From Thermoanaerobaculales bacterium (GTDB lineage Bacteria; Acidobacteriota; Thermoanaerobaculia; Thermoanaerobaculales; Sulfomarinibacteraceae): a stretch of 64,000 bases of DNA. Positions 41,287-50,831 of the stretch are shown in pieces (within the stretch, counting starts at the first letter, position 1; every line of letters begins with the position of its first letter). A program made the position numbers and the translations under genes. The DNA lies in NCBI GenBank assembly GCA_035358815.1, contig DAOPQC010000001.1:481309-545308 (forward strand), read 5' to 3'. The notes under the pieces were generated by a model. It did no database searches. It had not been told where the DNA came from and saw only the letters and a program-made list of their open reading frames with translations.

Positions 41287-42405
41287 ATGTCCTGGATCGC
41301 GCGGGAGATCGCGGCGCGCGGCGGCGAGGTCAGCTTTCGCGACTACATGGAGCTGGCGCTCTACCACCCCCGGCACGGCTACTACAGCGCGGCCACGCCG
41401 CGCTACGGTCGCGGCGGGGACTTCCTGACGGCGCCGACGGCGTCGCCGTGGTACGCGGTCGTGCTGGCGGGCCTCGTCGAGCGTCTCGCCGCGCGCGCCG
41501 GCCCGGTCTGCTTTCTCGATGTCGCCTCGGGCGACGGCGCGCTCCTCGTCGACCTGCTGTCCGCGATGGCGGACGGTGGCGCCGCCGCGATCCGGGAGGC
41601 CTGCTCGGTCGAGCGCTCGTCACCGATGCGAGCCGCCCAGCTCGCCCGGCTCGGCGGCGCGGCCAAGGTGTCGATCAGGGTGGTGGCGTCGCTCGAGGAG
41701 GTGGAGCGCACGGCAGGCCCGGTCGTCGTGCACGCGTGCGAGCTCTACGACGCGCTGCCGGTGCATCGGGTCGTGATGAGGCCGGGCGGCCTCAGCGAGC
41801 TGCGAGTGGCGGCGGTCGGCGACGCTTGCCGCTGGAGCGAGTCGCCGGCCGGGGGCGAGCTCGATCGGTACTTCGCCAGCCACGGCGTGAGGCTCGAGCC
41901 CGGGCAGATCGCGGAGGCGCGCCTCGACGCGGAGCGGCTGCACTCGAGCCTGCTCGAGCTCGCCGGGGGCGACGGGCTGGCGGTGATCACCGACTACGGC
42001 TACGAAGCGCGCCGCCTCTACGACCCCCGCGGCCGCCGCGGCGGCTCGCTGGCCGTCCAGCGCGCCCACCGGGTGTCTCGCGATCCGTTCCTGGAGCCCG
42101 GCGAGCGCGACCTCAGCGCCCACGTCAACTGGGACGATCTCCGGCGCGCCGCCGACGCCGCCGGCTGGCGGGAGATCGCGCTGACCGGCCTCGCGCCCTT
42201 CCTCATCCGCGCCGGGCTCGCCGGGCAGATGGAGCGGCTGGGGGTGGGCGAGGCGGCCGGGCTCGACGCTCGGACGGTGGCCGAGCGGCAGGAGATCAAG
42301 CGCCTGCTCGACCCCGACGGCATGGGCTCGGACCTCAAGGTTCTGGTGCAGGGGAAGGGGCCGCTGGCTGACGCCGCAGCAGAGGATCTAGGATCTGGGG
42401 TCTAG
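41287..42405 (+). CDS. class I SAM-dependent methyltransferase, MidA/NDUFAF7 (DUF185) family
   Basis: VSFRDYMELALYHPRHGYY....GRGGDFLTAPTASPWY. Confidence 0.75.
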   Translation: MSWIAREIAARGGEVSFRDYMELALYHPRHGYYSAATPRYGRGGDFLTAPTASPWYAVVLAGLVERLAARAGPVCFLDVASGDGALLVDLLSAMADGGAAAIREACSVERSSPMRAAQLARLGGAAKVSIRVVASLEEVERTAGPVVVHACELYDALPVHRVVMRPGGLSELRVAAVGDACRWSESPAGGELDRYFASHGVRLEPGQIAEARLDAERLHSSLLELAGGDGLAVITDYGYEARRLYDPRGRRGGSLAVQRAHRVSRDPFLEPGERDLSAHVNWDDLRRAADAAGWREIALTGLAPFLIRAGLAGQMERLGVGEAAGLDARTVAERQEIKRLLDPDGMGSDLKVLVQGKGPLADAAAEDLGSGV

Positions 42406-42610
42406 GGGATAGGGCCCGTCTCCCCGTTCCCGTTCCCGAAACGCCGCTCAAGGTCGGGACGGCCCGTCGGACACTGAGGATCTAGGATCTGGGATCTAGG
42501 GGATAGGGCCCGCCTCCCCGTTCCCGTTCCCGTTCCCGTTCCCGAAATGACCCTCGACGCTGGTGCCCCCCGTCGGGAACGGGAGCGGGCACGGGTACGG
42601 GAACGGGCTG
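42384..42610 (+). repeat. two tandem composite elements (heptad head + C-hexamers, twice), the second with a G-hexamer arm
   Basis: GGATCTAGGATCTGGGGTCTAGGGGATAGGGCCCG at 42384-42418 overlaps the last 7 codons and the stop of the methyltransferase. A second head lies at 42477-42511. (CCCGTT)4 is followed by a loop and GGGAACGGGAGCGGGCACGGGTACGGGAACGGG. Confidence 0.9.
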
Positions 42611-42634
42611 GGACGCGATCCGAGTCGAGAAGGC

Positions 42635-44368
42635 CTACTCCTCGAGGTGGATCCTGAGCTCGTCGAGCAGCTTCTCGATCTCGGCGACGGTGTTCCCGGC
42701 GTCGACCATCCGCTTGATGCCGTCGCGGCGCAGCGAGATCTCGACCTTGCCGTCGGCGAGTCCGCGCGATCCGACCACGACCCGCACCGGGAAGCCGATC
42801 AGGTCGGCGTCGTTGAACTTGACGCCGGGGCGCTCGGCCCGATCGTCGTAGAGGACGTCGATGCCGGCGCCGGCGAGCTCCTGGTAGAGGCGGTCGGCCG
42901 CCGCGACGACGTCGGGCTGGTCGGAGTTGAGCAGCACCAGCAGCACCTCGTAGGGGGCCAGCGGCAGCGGCCAGATGATGCCGCGCTGATCGTGGTTCTG
43001 CTCGATCGCCGCGGCCGCCGTCCGGCCGACGCCCAGCCCGTAGCAGCCCATGATCATCGGGTGGTCGGCGCCCTCGTGGTCGAGGAAGGAGCACTTCATC
43101 GCCGCGGAGTACTTGGTGCCGAGCTTGAACACGTGCCCGACCTCGATGCCACGCCGCTCGACGAGCGAGCCCGGGCAGCGCGGGCAAGGGTCGCCGGCGC
43201 GGGCGCGCCGGAGGTCGGCCACCTGGGCGGGAGAGAAGTCGCGGCCCGGCACCACGCCGACCAGGTGGGTGTCGGCGGCGTTGGCCCCGGTCGCTGCGAC
43301 CGGCAGCTCCATCACCGTCCCGTCGGCCACGATGCGCGCGCCCTCGAGCCCGACCGGCCCGGCGAATCCCTGTGGCGCGCGAGTGACCTGCTCGATCTTC
43401 TGCTCCGACGCGAGCTGGAGGTGAACGGCTCCGAGCAGGTTCTTGAGCTTGACCTCGTTGACCTCGAGGTCGCCTCGGATGAGAGCCGCCACGAACTCGG
43501 TGTCGGTCTCGAAGATCATGGTCTTGATGAGGTGTGAGGGCGCGATGCCGAGGAACGAGGCGACCTCCTCGACGCTGCGCTGCTCCGGGGTGTCGACCGC
43601 TCGCGGCGACGCCGGGGTGTCGAGCGGCCATGGCGGCGCCGCGGCGAGCGCGCCGGTGGTCGCCTTCTCGGAGTTGGCGCCGTAGCCGCACTCGGGGCAC
43701 GACAGCACCGCGTCCTCGCCGGTGTCGGCGAGCACCATGAACTCGTGCGACTCCGAGCCGCCGATGTTGCCGGTGTCGGCCTCGACCTGGACGAAAGACA
43801 GGCCGCAGCGCGTGAACACCCGGCGGTAGGCGTTCTCCATTGCCCGGTAGGTGTGGTCGAGGTCCTCGGCGTCGGCGTGGAAGGAGTAGGCGTCCTTCAT
43901 CAGGAACTCGCGCCCGCGCATCAGGCCGAAGCGCGGCCGGATCTCGTCCCGGAACTTGACCTGGATCTGGTAGAGGCTCACCGGCAGCTGGCGGTAGGAG
44001 GTGACCGAGCGGCGGACGATGTCGGTGATCACCTCCTCGTGGGTCGGACCGAAGCAGAAGTCGCGCTGGTGGCGGTCCTTGATGCGCAGCAGCTCGGGCC
44101 CGTACGCGAACCAGCGCCCGGACTCCTGCCACAGCTCGGCCGGCTGGACCGCCGGCAGCACCAGCTCGGACGAGCCGGCGCGGTCCATCTCATCGCGGAT
44201 GATGGCCTGCAGCTTCTGCAGCACCCGCCACCCCAGGGGCAGGTAGTTGTAGATGCCGGTCGCGACCTTGGAAATGAGGCCTGCCCGGACCATCAGGCGG
44301 TGGGACACGACCTCCGCGTCCGAGGGGTCCTGGCGCAGGGTGTAGAGAAAGGTCCGACTCCATCGCAT
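42635..44368 (-). CDS. proS: proline--tRNA ligase
   Basis: MRWSRTFLYTLRQDPSDAEVVSHRLMVRAGLI..GIYNYLPLG. GGAGGAG lies upstream. Confidence 0.9.
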   Translation of the reverse strand: MRWSRTFLYTLRQDPSDAEVVSHRLMVRAGLISKVATGIYNYLPLGWRVLQKLQAIIRDEMDRAGSSELVLPAVQPAELWQESGRWFAYGPELLRIKDRHQRDFCFGPTHEEVITDIVRRSVTSYRQLPVSLYQIQVKFRDEIRPRFGLMRGREFLMKDAYSFHADAEDLDHTYRAMENAYRRVFTRCGLSFVQVEADTGNIGGSESHEFMVLADTGEDAVLSCPECGYGANSEKATTGALAAAPPWPLDTPASPRAVDTPEQRSVEEVASFLGIAPSHLIKTMIFETDTEFVAALIRGDLEVNEVKLKNLLGAVHLQLASEQKIEQVTRAPQGFAGPVGLEGARIVADGTVMELPVAATGANAADTHLVGVVPGRDFSPAQVADLRRARAGDPCPRCPGSLVERRGIEVGHVFKLGTKYSAAMKCSFLDHEGADHPMIMGCYGLGVGRTAAAAIEQNHDQRGIIWPLPLAPYEVLLVLLNSDQPDVVAAADRLYQELAGAGIDVLYDDRAERPGVKFNDADLIGFPVRVVVGSRGLADGKVEISLRRDGIKRMVDAGNTVAEIEKLLDELRIHLEE

Positions 44369-44439
44369 CTTCGAACTCCTCCTGGAGCCTGTGGCACGCC
44401 GGCGCCACCCTGGCGGGAGTCGCGCGGAGGCGGAGGCCG

Positions 44440-44766
44440 CTAGAGCAGCGCGTCCAGCCGGGCCCGGAGGCTCTTCTTGTCGACGACGCCGACGATCCGG
44501 TCGGCGATCTGCCCGCCCTTGACGAGGATGAGGGTCGGAATGGCCTGGATTCCGAGCTGGGTCGCCACATCCTTGTTCTGATCGACGTCGAGCTTGCCGA
44601 TCACGGCGCGGCCGGCGTACTCCTCGGCGAGCTCCTCGACGATCGGCGCGACCGCCCGGCACGGGCCGCACCACACCGCCCAGAAGTCCACGAGCGCCGG
44701 CACGTCGGCACTCATGATCACGTCGTGGAAGTTGCCATCGGTCACTTCGAGCGCTTTTCCGGCCAT
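44440..44766 (-). CDS. trxA: thioredoxin
   Basis: 108 aa with VDFWAVWCGPCR. GGAGG lies upstream of ATG 44764-44766. Confidence 0.9.
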   Translation of the reverse strand: MAGKALEVTDGNFHDVIMSADVPALVDFWAVWCGPCRAVAPIVEELAEEYAGRAVIGKLDVDQNKDVATQLGIQAIPTLILVKGGQIADRIVGVVDKKSLRARLDALL

Positions 44767-44829
44767 CTTTCGAGCCTCCGCATGTCGACCCGGAGCTCCG
44801 GGCGCGGCACATGGTACTACAGCAGCGAA

Positions 44830-44977
44830 GGGGGTAGGTGTTGGGGGAAGGGGGTCGGTTCCCGTTCCCGTTCCCGTTCCCGCTTCCGTGCCCGCTTCCG
44901 TTCCCGTTCCCGTTCCCGGAACGCTGCTCGCGTCTGGCACGACGTCCATCGGAGATAGAAACGGGCACGGAGACGAA
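44830..44977 (+). repeat. composite element: three G5 tracts, a 60-bp (CCCGTT/CCGCTT) array, loop, short G arm
   Basis: GGGGGtaggtgttGGGGGaaGGGGGtcgg, then ttcccgttcccgttcccgttcccgcttccgtgcccgcttccgttcccgttcccgttcccgg ... aacgggcacggagacg. Confidence 0.85.
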
Positions 44978-45006
44978 GCGATGCAGCGCTGGCCGCGGGG
45001 TGCGAA

Positions 45007-46356
45007 TCAGATCGGTGCTGCTTCCGAACCGGCGGCACCACCGCGCGCGCCGCGGAGGTCCTCGAGCACCAATCGCGCGACCCGGTCGCCGTACGCGATC
45101 GCGTAGTTCATCCCGCGGTCCTCGGGGAAGATCTGGGCCATGCAGCACAGGTAGAGGCCGGTCACCGAGGTTCGCATGCCCGGGATCTGCTCCCGGTAGC
45201 CGCGCGTCACCACCGGCTGGGCGTAGTCGGCGTGGAAGTGATGGCTGGCCAGGATCCACGAGCGATCGAAGGAAGGGTTGACGCGTTGCAGGGCGGGCAG
45301 ATAGCTGTTCAGGACCTCTTCCTTGTTCGCCCGGTAGAGCGGGTGATCGGGGAAGAGGTAGTTGGAGATGTAGAGGATGTGGCGGCCGCCGTAGCGGTCG
45401 CGCGGGATGTAGTTGGTGTGCTCGATGAGCCCTCCGAACGGCATTTCGGGGTCGGCGATGTTCAGCCAGTAGAAGGGCGTCAGCGAGCGACTCAGCTCGA
45501 GCACGGTGCAGATCGCGGCGGTGGCCTGCAGCCCCTGCAGGCGGCCCAGCTCCTGCGGGTCGAGGAGATGGCCGGCGATCTCGATGTGGTCCGGCACCGG
45601 CGCCGCCACCACGACCCGGTCCGCGGGCTGCGCGCCGGAGCGGGTGACCACCTGGAAGCGGCCGTCCGCCCGCTCGACCCGGCGGACCGGCTCGCTGAGG
45701 CAGAGCTGCCCGCCCGCGGCGGCGATCCGGCCCTCGAGGGCGGTGATCAGCCGGGCGAACGAGCCGCGCATGTAGCCGAGCCGCTCGCCCAACCCGGACT
45801 CGGATCGCGAGCGGCCGCGCAACCGCAGCTTGCCCCACAGCCACACCATCGCGACCTGCTCGGCGCGGTCGGCGAACTTCTGGTGGAACAGGGGGCCCCA
45901 GACCGTGCGCCAGACCCGTTCGCCCTGGGTGCGCCGGATCCACTCCACGGCGGTGACGTTCTCGAACTGCTGGTAGCGCCCGGTGTACTGCAGCCGTAGC
46001 GTCGCCAGCACGAAGCGCAGCTTGTCGACGGGGTTGAGGGGACGGAAGCGGAGCAGCGAGACCGGGGTGCCGAAGTCCCACAGCCGCCCCTCGGTCCAGA
46101 TGCCCATCCGCGACGGCAGCCACTCCAGGAGATCGCCGACGCCGAGCTCCTCGGCGAGCGCAACGGCAGCGCGGTCCGAGGTGAACAGGTGGTGGTAGAA
46201 GGCCTCGAGCGGCTCGCCGCCGACCTCGAGGACCCGGGCCAGGCCGCCGGGCCGCGGGTATCTCTCGTAGATCCGCACCCGGTGTCCCCGCTCGGCGAGG
46301 CGGAGGGCGGCCGTCAGGCCAGACAGGCCGGCGCCGACGACAGCGATCTCTCCCAC
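45007..46356 (-). CDS. FAD-dependent oxidoreductase (amine oxidase/phytoene desaturase-like)
   Basis: N-terminal dinucleotide fold IAVVGAGLSGLTAALRLAERGHRVRIYE. GTG start. Confidence 0.7.
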   Translation of the reverse strand: MGEIAVVGAGLSGLTAALRLAERGHRVRIYERYPRPGGLARVLEVGGEPLEAFYHHLFTSDRAAVALAEELGVGDLLEWLPSRMGIWTEGRLWDFGTPVSLLRFRPLNPVDKLRFVLATLRLQYTGRYQQFENVTAVEWIRRTQGERVWRTVWGPLFHQKFADRAEQVAMVWLWGKLRLRGRSRSESGLGERLGYMRGSFARLITALEGRIAAAGGQLCLSEPVRRVERADGRFQVVTRSGAQPADRVVVAAPVPDHIEIAGHLLDPQELGRLQGLQATAAICTVLELSRSLTPFYWLNIADPEMPFGGLIEHTNYIPRDRYGGRHILYISNYLFPDHPLYRANKEEVLNSYLPALQRVNPSFDRSWILASHHFHADYAQPVVTRGYREQIPGMRTSVTGLYLCCMAQIFPEDRGMNYAIAYGDRVARLVLEDLRGARGGAAGSEAAPI

Positions 46357-46500
46357 GACCCTACGCTACCGAAGCGGCGCCGTCCCGTCAAAGCTCGCGG
46401 CCGATGCGCGCAGCGCATCGTGAGGAGTTCGTGCCGCAGTGGCCGTCCGCGTGACCTTCAGTCGATCACCTGCGCCGACAGGCCAATGCGGGACGAACGC

Positions 46501-47256
46501 CTAGAAGATCACGTGATCGACGTAGAACTGCTCCATCGACACCCGCTTCTCGGCCAGCGATCGCGCCATCTCGGGCGTGATGCGGAAGGTGCCGGAGGCC
46601 CGGCCGGTCGTCTCGATCATCTGCAGCTCGACCGCCGTCGGGGCGAGCTCGGGCTGGAGCTTCAGGATCAGCGCGAAGGCGTCGGTCACGATCCGCAGCG
46701 CCTCGAAGACCTCGCGCTGGGAGTCGGTCACGGTCTGGACGAAGAAGTACTCCGGCCGGGTGCCGGCGCTGGTGCGGTAGATCAGGAGGTTGCGGTCGTC
46801 GAAGTACTTGGTGAAGGCGCGATCGACCCGCTCGTCGTGGTAGGCGGTCGGCTGGAGCTTGATACCCGGCGTCGGCGTGGGCGTCGGCACGTACTTCGCG
46901 GACAGCTCCGGGTCCCGGGAGCCGGCGTCGATGCTCGCGAACTGGCCGAGAGATCGCTTGGGAGTGGGGGTCGGGATCGGGGTGCCGGTCAGCGACAGCT
47001 CGTCGATGACGAGAGCATCGCCGAGCCCCTGCTGGTTGTAGCGCTCGGTCGCCACGAGGTCGACCTGGTCGACCGGGTACGAGGCGACGGTCCCGGTCAC
47101 GAGGGTCAGGATCGCGTTCGCGCCGTCGATCCGGAGCGGATCACGGCACGGGATCTTGTGGCCGTTCTTCAGGATCACCACGTAGCCGTCCGCCGACGCC
47201 GCGACCGCCACGGCCACGATGAGGACCGCGACGACACCGATCTGTACGGTTCGCAT
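46501..47256 (-). CDS. hypothetical secreted/membrane-anchored protein (251 aa)
   Basis: N-terminal hydrophobic segment MRTVQIGVVAVLIVAVAVAASA. PTPTP linkers. GGAGG lies upstream of ATG 47254-47256. Confidence 0.6.
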   Translation of the reverse strand: MRTVQIGVVAVLIVAVAVAASADGYVVILKNGHKIPCRDPLRIDGANAILTLVTGTVASYPVDQVDLVATERYNQQGLGDALVIDELSLTGTPIPTPTPKRSLGQFASIDAGSRDPELSAKYVPTPTPTPGIKLQPTAYHDERVDRAFTKYFDDRNLLIYRTSAGTRPEYFFVQTVTDSQREVFEALRIVTDAFALILKLQPELAPTAVELQMIETTGRASGTFRITPEMARSLAEKRVSMEQFYVDHVIF

Positions 47257-47330
47257 CAGAGGGCCTCCATCGACCAGCCCATTATATCCATCCGGTGAAC
47301 GGTTCCGGCGACCGGCGGCCGAAATACCGC

Positions 47331-48239
47331 TCAGAAGCGGTCGAGGCTCGCGGCCGGCTCCATGCGGGCGGTCGACACCACGCTGATCAGCTCGCTGCGC
47401 GAGCGCGTTCCGGTCTTTCGGTAGAGGCTCTTGAGGTGGTCGCGGACGGTGTGCTCGCTGATCGACAGCCGGCAGGCGATCTCCGACGTGCCGCGCCCCT
47501 CGAGCAGCAGGCCGATCACCTCCTGCTCGCGGGGGGACACGCCGTAGTGGGCGCAGAACGCCTCCAGGAACAGGACCGGCAGGGTCGTCAGCGGCTGCAG
47601 CAGCGCGGCCGCAGCGACACCGCTGACGCCGGACTCGCCCCCGAGGAGCACGATCTCGCAGCCGATCACCGAGCCGTCGGTGAGCACCAGCAGCGAGTTC
47701 CACGCCCGCCGGGCCAGGTGCCCGTCGAGCAGCTTCTTCGCCGCTGACCGCAGCCGCGCGAACAGGGTCGGGAAGGGTTGGCCCGGCTGGCCGCTGTCGG
47801 GGAGGCCCTCGGCCGGCTGCGACAGCAGGGCATCCGCGCGCGGGTTCGCGTACACGATGTCGGCAGCGCGGTCGAACAGCAGCACCGCGCTGGTCGATGC
47901 CTCCATCCCGGCGAGCAGCACCGCGAGCTGGGCCGAGGAGCGTACGCCCTGCAGGATCCCATCGAGGGAAAACGCCACCAGGTCGGCCAGCCGGCCGGGA
48001 ACGTCGCCGGCCCCACCGAGCCGGAGGGTGCCCCGGTGCTGCCGCAGCTCGAGCGGGTGGACTGCGGCCTCGGCGGTCGGCTCGCCCCGGCGGTAGCGGC
48101 CCACCTGCCCGTCGGGGGTCACCAGCTCGAGCTCGACGAACGACGCGCCCACCGTGACGGCGATCAGCTCGAGGAACCGCTGGATCTCGGGGTGGTCCTC
48201 GGGGGGGCAGCTCGGGCGAAGGAGGATCGAAGGTCTCAC
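47331..48239 (-). CDS. LuxR/GerE-family transcriptional regulator with N-terminal sensory region
   Basis: C-terminal HTH SPREQEVIGLLLEGRGTSEIACRLSISEHTVRDHLKSLYRK. Confidence 0.75.
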   Translation of the reverse strand: MRPSILLRPSCPPEDHPEIQRFLELIAVTVGASFVELELVTPDGQVGRYRRGEPTAEAAVHPLELRQHRGTLRLGGAGDVPGRLADLVAFSLDGILQGVRSSAQLAVLLAGMEASTSAVLLFDRAADIVYANPRADALLSQPAEGLPDSGQPGQPFPTLFARLRSAAKKLLDGHLARRAWNSLLVLTDGSVIGCEIVLLGGESGVSGVAAAALLQPLTTLPVLFLEAFCAHYGVSPREQEVIGLLLEGRGTSEIACRLSISEHTVRDHLKSLYRKTGTRSRSELISVVSTARMEPAASLDRF

Positions 48240-48291
48240 CCGCCGCGATTATACCCAGGCGCCGCAACGGCGGCACTGGCGGCGAGCGCGC

Positions 48292-48320
48292 TTGACCGGC
48301 AGGGAGGCGTTATCTAGACT
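48292..48320 (+). promoter_or_regulatory. candidate promoter TTGACC-17 nt-TAGACT for ffh
   Basis: TTGACC at 48292-48297 and TAGACT at 48315-48320. The -10 ends 9 nt before ATG 48330, and no SD lies between them. Confidence 0.4.
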
Positions 48321-48329
48321 GCGTCTCCC

Positions 48330-49664
48330 ATGCTGGAGACGCTTCAGGACCGTCTCGCTCGAGTGACGAAGGCGCTGCGCGGCGAGGGCCACCTCACCGA
48401 GTACCACGTCGAATCGGCCCTCCGGGAGATCCGGCTCGCGCTGCTCGAGGCCGATGTCAGCGTCGAGGTGGTCACCCGCTTCATCGATCGCGTCCGCGAG
48501 CGCGCGGTGGGCAAGGAGGTGCTCAGCTCGGTGACCCCGGCCCAGATGGTGACCAAGATCGTGCACGACGAGCTGGTCAACCTGCTGGGGGGACAGACCG
48601 CCGAGCTCGACTTCAGGGGCCGTCCCGCGGTGATCATGCTGGTCGGCCTGCAGGGCTCGGGCAAGACCACCACGGCGGCCAAGCTCGCCCGCTGGATCAA
48701 GTCCTCGAAGGGCCTGTTCCCGCTGCTCGTGCCCGCCGACACCTCGCGCCCGGCGGCGCGCGAGCAGCTGCTGGTGCTCGGGCAGCAGGCCGCGATCCCG
48801 ACCATCGACACCCGCGACATGGAGGACCCCGAGGCCATCGCACGGCGCGCGCTGCGGGAAGCGTCGATCAAGGGCTATCAGGTGCTGCTGTTCGACACCG
48901 CCGGCCGGCTGCACGTCGACGACGAGCTGATGGACGAGCTCGGCCGGCTGAAGAAGATCCTGGCGCCGAAGCACATCGTGTTCGTCGCCGACGCGATGAC
49001 CGGCCAGGACGCGGTGCGCTCGGCGCGCGCGTTCCACGATCACCTCGACATCACCGGGGTGATCCTGACCAAGCTCGACGGCGACGCCAGGGGCGGCGCC
49101 GCACTGTCGATCCGCGAGGTCGTGGGCCGGCCGATCGTGTTCGCGGGAATCGGCGAGCGGCTGGAGAACCTCGAGCAGTTTCACCCCGACCGGATGGCCG
49201 GCCGCATCCTCGGGATGGGCGACGTGGCGACCCTGGTCGAGAAGGCGCAGGACGCGCTGGACGAGCGCAAGGCCCGCCGCCTCGAGGCCAAGCTCAAGAA
49301 GAACAAGTTCGATCTCGGCGACCTGCGCGACCAGCTGCAGAGCCTGGGCAAGATGGGCCCGCTGCAGCAGGTGCTCGAGATGGTGCCGGGCGCGGGCAAG
49401 ATGCTGCCCGCCGGCGGCGCCACCGAGGCGCAGGAGCTGCAGCTCAAGAGGATGGGAGCCTGCATCGACTCGATGACGCCGCAGGAGCGTCGGCACCCCC
49501 AGATCCTCAACGCCTCGCGCAAGCGTCGGGTGGCGAAGGGGTCGGGAACCAGCGTCGAGGAAATCAACCGGCTCTTGCGTCAGTTCGGACAGATGCGTAA
49601 GCTGATGAAACGTCTGGGCAAAGTTGACGCCCGGACCTTGAAGCGACAGCTCGGGATCCGCTGA
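48330..49664 (+). CDS. ffh: signal recognition particle protein
   Basis: Motifs: GLQGSGKTTT, DTAGRL, TKLDGDARGG. The M-domain is Met-rich. Confidence 0.95.
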   Translation: MLETLQDRLARVTKALRGEGHLTEYHVESALREIRLALLEADVSVEVVTRFIDRVRERAVGKEVLSSVTPAQMVTKIVHDELVNLLGGQTAELDFRGRPAVIMLVGLQGSGKTTTAAKLARWIKSSKGLFPLLVPADTSRPAAREQLLVLGQQAAIPTIDTRDMEDPEAIARRALREASIKGYQVLLFDTAGRLHVDDELMDELGRLKKILAPKHIVFVADAMTGQDAVRSARAFHDHLDITGVILTKLDGDARGGAALSIREVVGRPIVFAGIGERLENLEQFHPDRMAGRILGMGDVATLVEKAQDALDERKARRLEAKLKKNKFDLGDLRDQLQSLGKMGPLQQVLEMVPGAGKMLPAGGATEAQELQLKRMGACIDSMTPQERRHPQILNASRKRRVAKGSGTSVEEINRLLRQFGQMRKLMKRLGKVDARTLKRQLGIR

Positions 49665-49697
49665 GGCGGTCCCGCAACGACCAGGAGGAAGAGCCAG

Positions 49698-49949
49698 ATG
49701 TTGACGATCAGACTGCGGCGAGGCGGTGCCCGGGGCAAGCCGATGTACCGCGTGGTGGTGTCGGACTCTCGCAAGACGCCGGGCGCCGACTACATCGAGC
49801 AGCTGGGCTTTTACAGCCCCCACAGCGATCCGCCCGAGCTCAAGATCGACCTCGAGAAGGTCGAGCAGTGGCGCGGCCAGGGCGCGGGCGTCTCGGAAAC
49901 CGTTCGGTCGCTCATCCGTAGGGCGCAGCGTCAGCAGCAGCCCGCGTGA
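49698..49949 (+). CDS. rpsP: 30S ribosomal protein S16
   Basis: [34 protein letters not shown] lies upstream. Confidence 0.95.
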   Translation: MLTIRLRRGGARGKPMYRVVVSDSRKTPGADYIEQLGFYSPHSDPPELKIDLEKVEQWRGQGAGVSETVRSLIRRAQRQQQPA

Positions 49950-49974
49950 CCGCAGGTCGCGAAAGGAGCTCCCA

Positions 49975-50214
49975 GTGAGTGCCATGAAGGAACTTCTCGA
50001 GGAGATCGCGAAGGCGCTGGTGGACCACCCCGAAGATGTTCGCGTGACCGAGGTCGAGGGGGAGCAAACGACGGTTCTGGAGCTGCGCGTGCGGAACGAG
50101 GATCTGGGCAAGGTGATCGGCCGCCAGGGCCGCACGGCGCGCGCGATCCGGACCCTGCTCGCAGCGGCCGGGATGAAGGTGCAGAAGCGCTTTGTGCTCG
50201 AGATCCTCGAATAG
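49975..50214 (+). CDS. KH-domain RNA-binding protein (YlqC/UPF0109)
   Basis: [54 protein letters not shown]. The start is GTG 49975 (6 nt after GGAG) or ATG 49984. Confidence 0.8.
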   Translation: MSAMKELLEEIAKALVDHPEDVRVTEVEGEQTTVLELRVRNEDLGKVIGRQGRTARAIRTLLAAAGMKVQKRFVLEILE

Positions 50215-50761
50215 CGAATCGACGGCCGACCAGGACTGGCTGATCGTCGGCCGGGTGGGGAAGCCGCACGGCGTTCACGGCGACGTCCTCGTCGACATCT
50301 CGACCGACTTCCCCGAGCGGCTCACGGACGGCCTCCGCTTCGGCCTTGGGCAGGCGGACGGGCCGACCGAGTTCCACGAGACGTTCCGGGTCCGCTACCA
50401 CAAGGGGCGCTGGCTGCTCTCGGTGGCCGGGCTGCGTGACCGGGGAACGGTCGAGGCGTGGCGCGGGCGGTTCCTGTACCTGCCGGCGCTCGCGCTCGAG
50501 GAACTGCCCGAGGGCTACTACTACGAGCACCACTTAGTCGGGCTCGAGTGCGTCTCGACCGCCGGCGAGGGGCTGGGGACGGTCGCCGGCGTCGATCCGG
50601 GGGCGGGCGGCCAGACCCGGCTGGTGGTGCGGAGAGGCCCCCGCGAGTTCCTCGTCCCCTACGTGCCCGAGATCGTGCGCGAGGTCGACCTCGAGCAGCG
50701 GCGCGTGGTGCTCGATCCGCCGCCGGGGCTGCTGGACGACGACGCGGTGGTCGCCGGGTAG
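50192..50761 (+). CDS. rimM: 16S rRNA processing protein RimM
   Basis: [19 protein letters not shown]. The start is uncertain. TTG 50192 overlaps the KH gene by 23 nt. Confidence 0.75.
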   Translation: MCSRSSNSESTADQDWLIVGRVGKPHGVHGDVLVDISTDFPERLTDGLRFGLGQADGPTEFHETFRVRYHKGRWLLSVAGLRDRGTVEAWRGRFLYLPALALEELPEGYYYEHHLVGLECVSTAGEGLGTVAGVDPGAGGQTRLVVRRGPREFLVPYVPEIVREVDLEQRRVVLDPPPGLLDDDAVVAG

Positions 50762-50831
50762 GATCGCCGGCCAGCCGCTGGGGATGCGACCGGCCGGGAC
50801 GGCCAGGTGGCTTGGGGAGGTCTCGAGGCCG

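Noticed and set aside
44789-44802. 14-nt palindrome CCCGGAGCTCCGGG upstream of trxA as an operator.
   Set aside because: It is GC-rich and short, and contains a SacI-like core. Palindromes of this kind are expected by chance in 70% GC DNA, and there is no supporting context.
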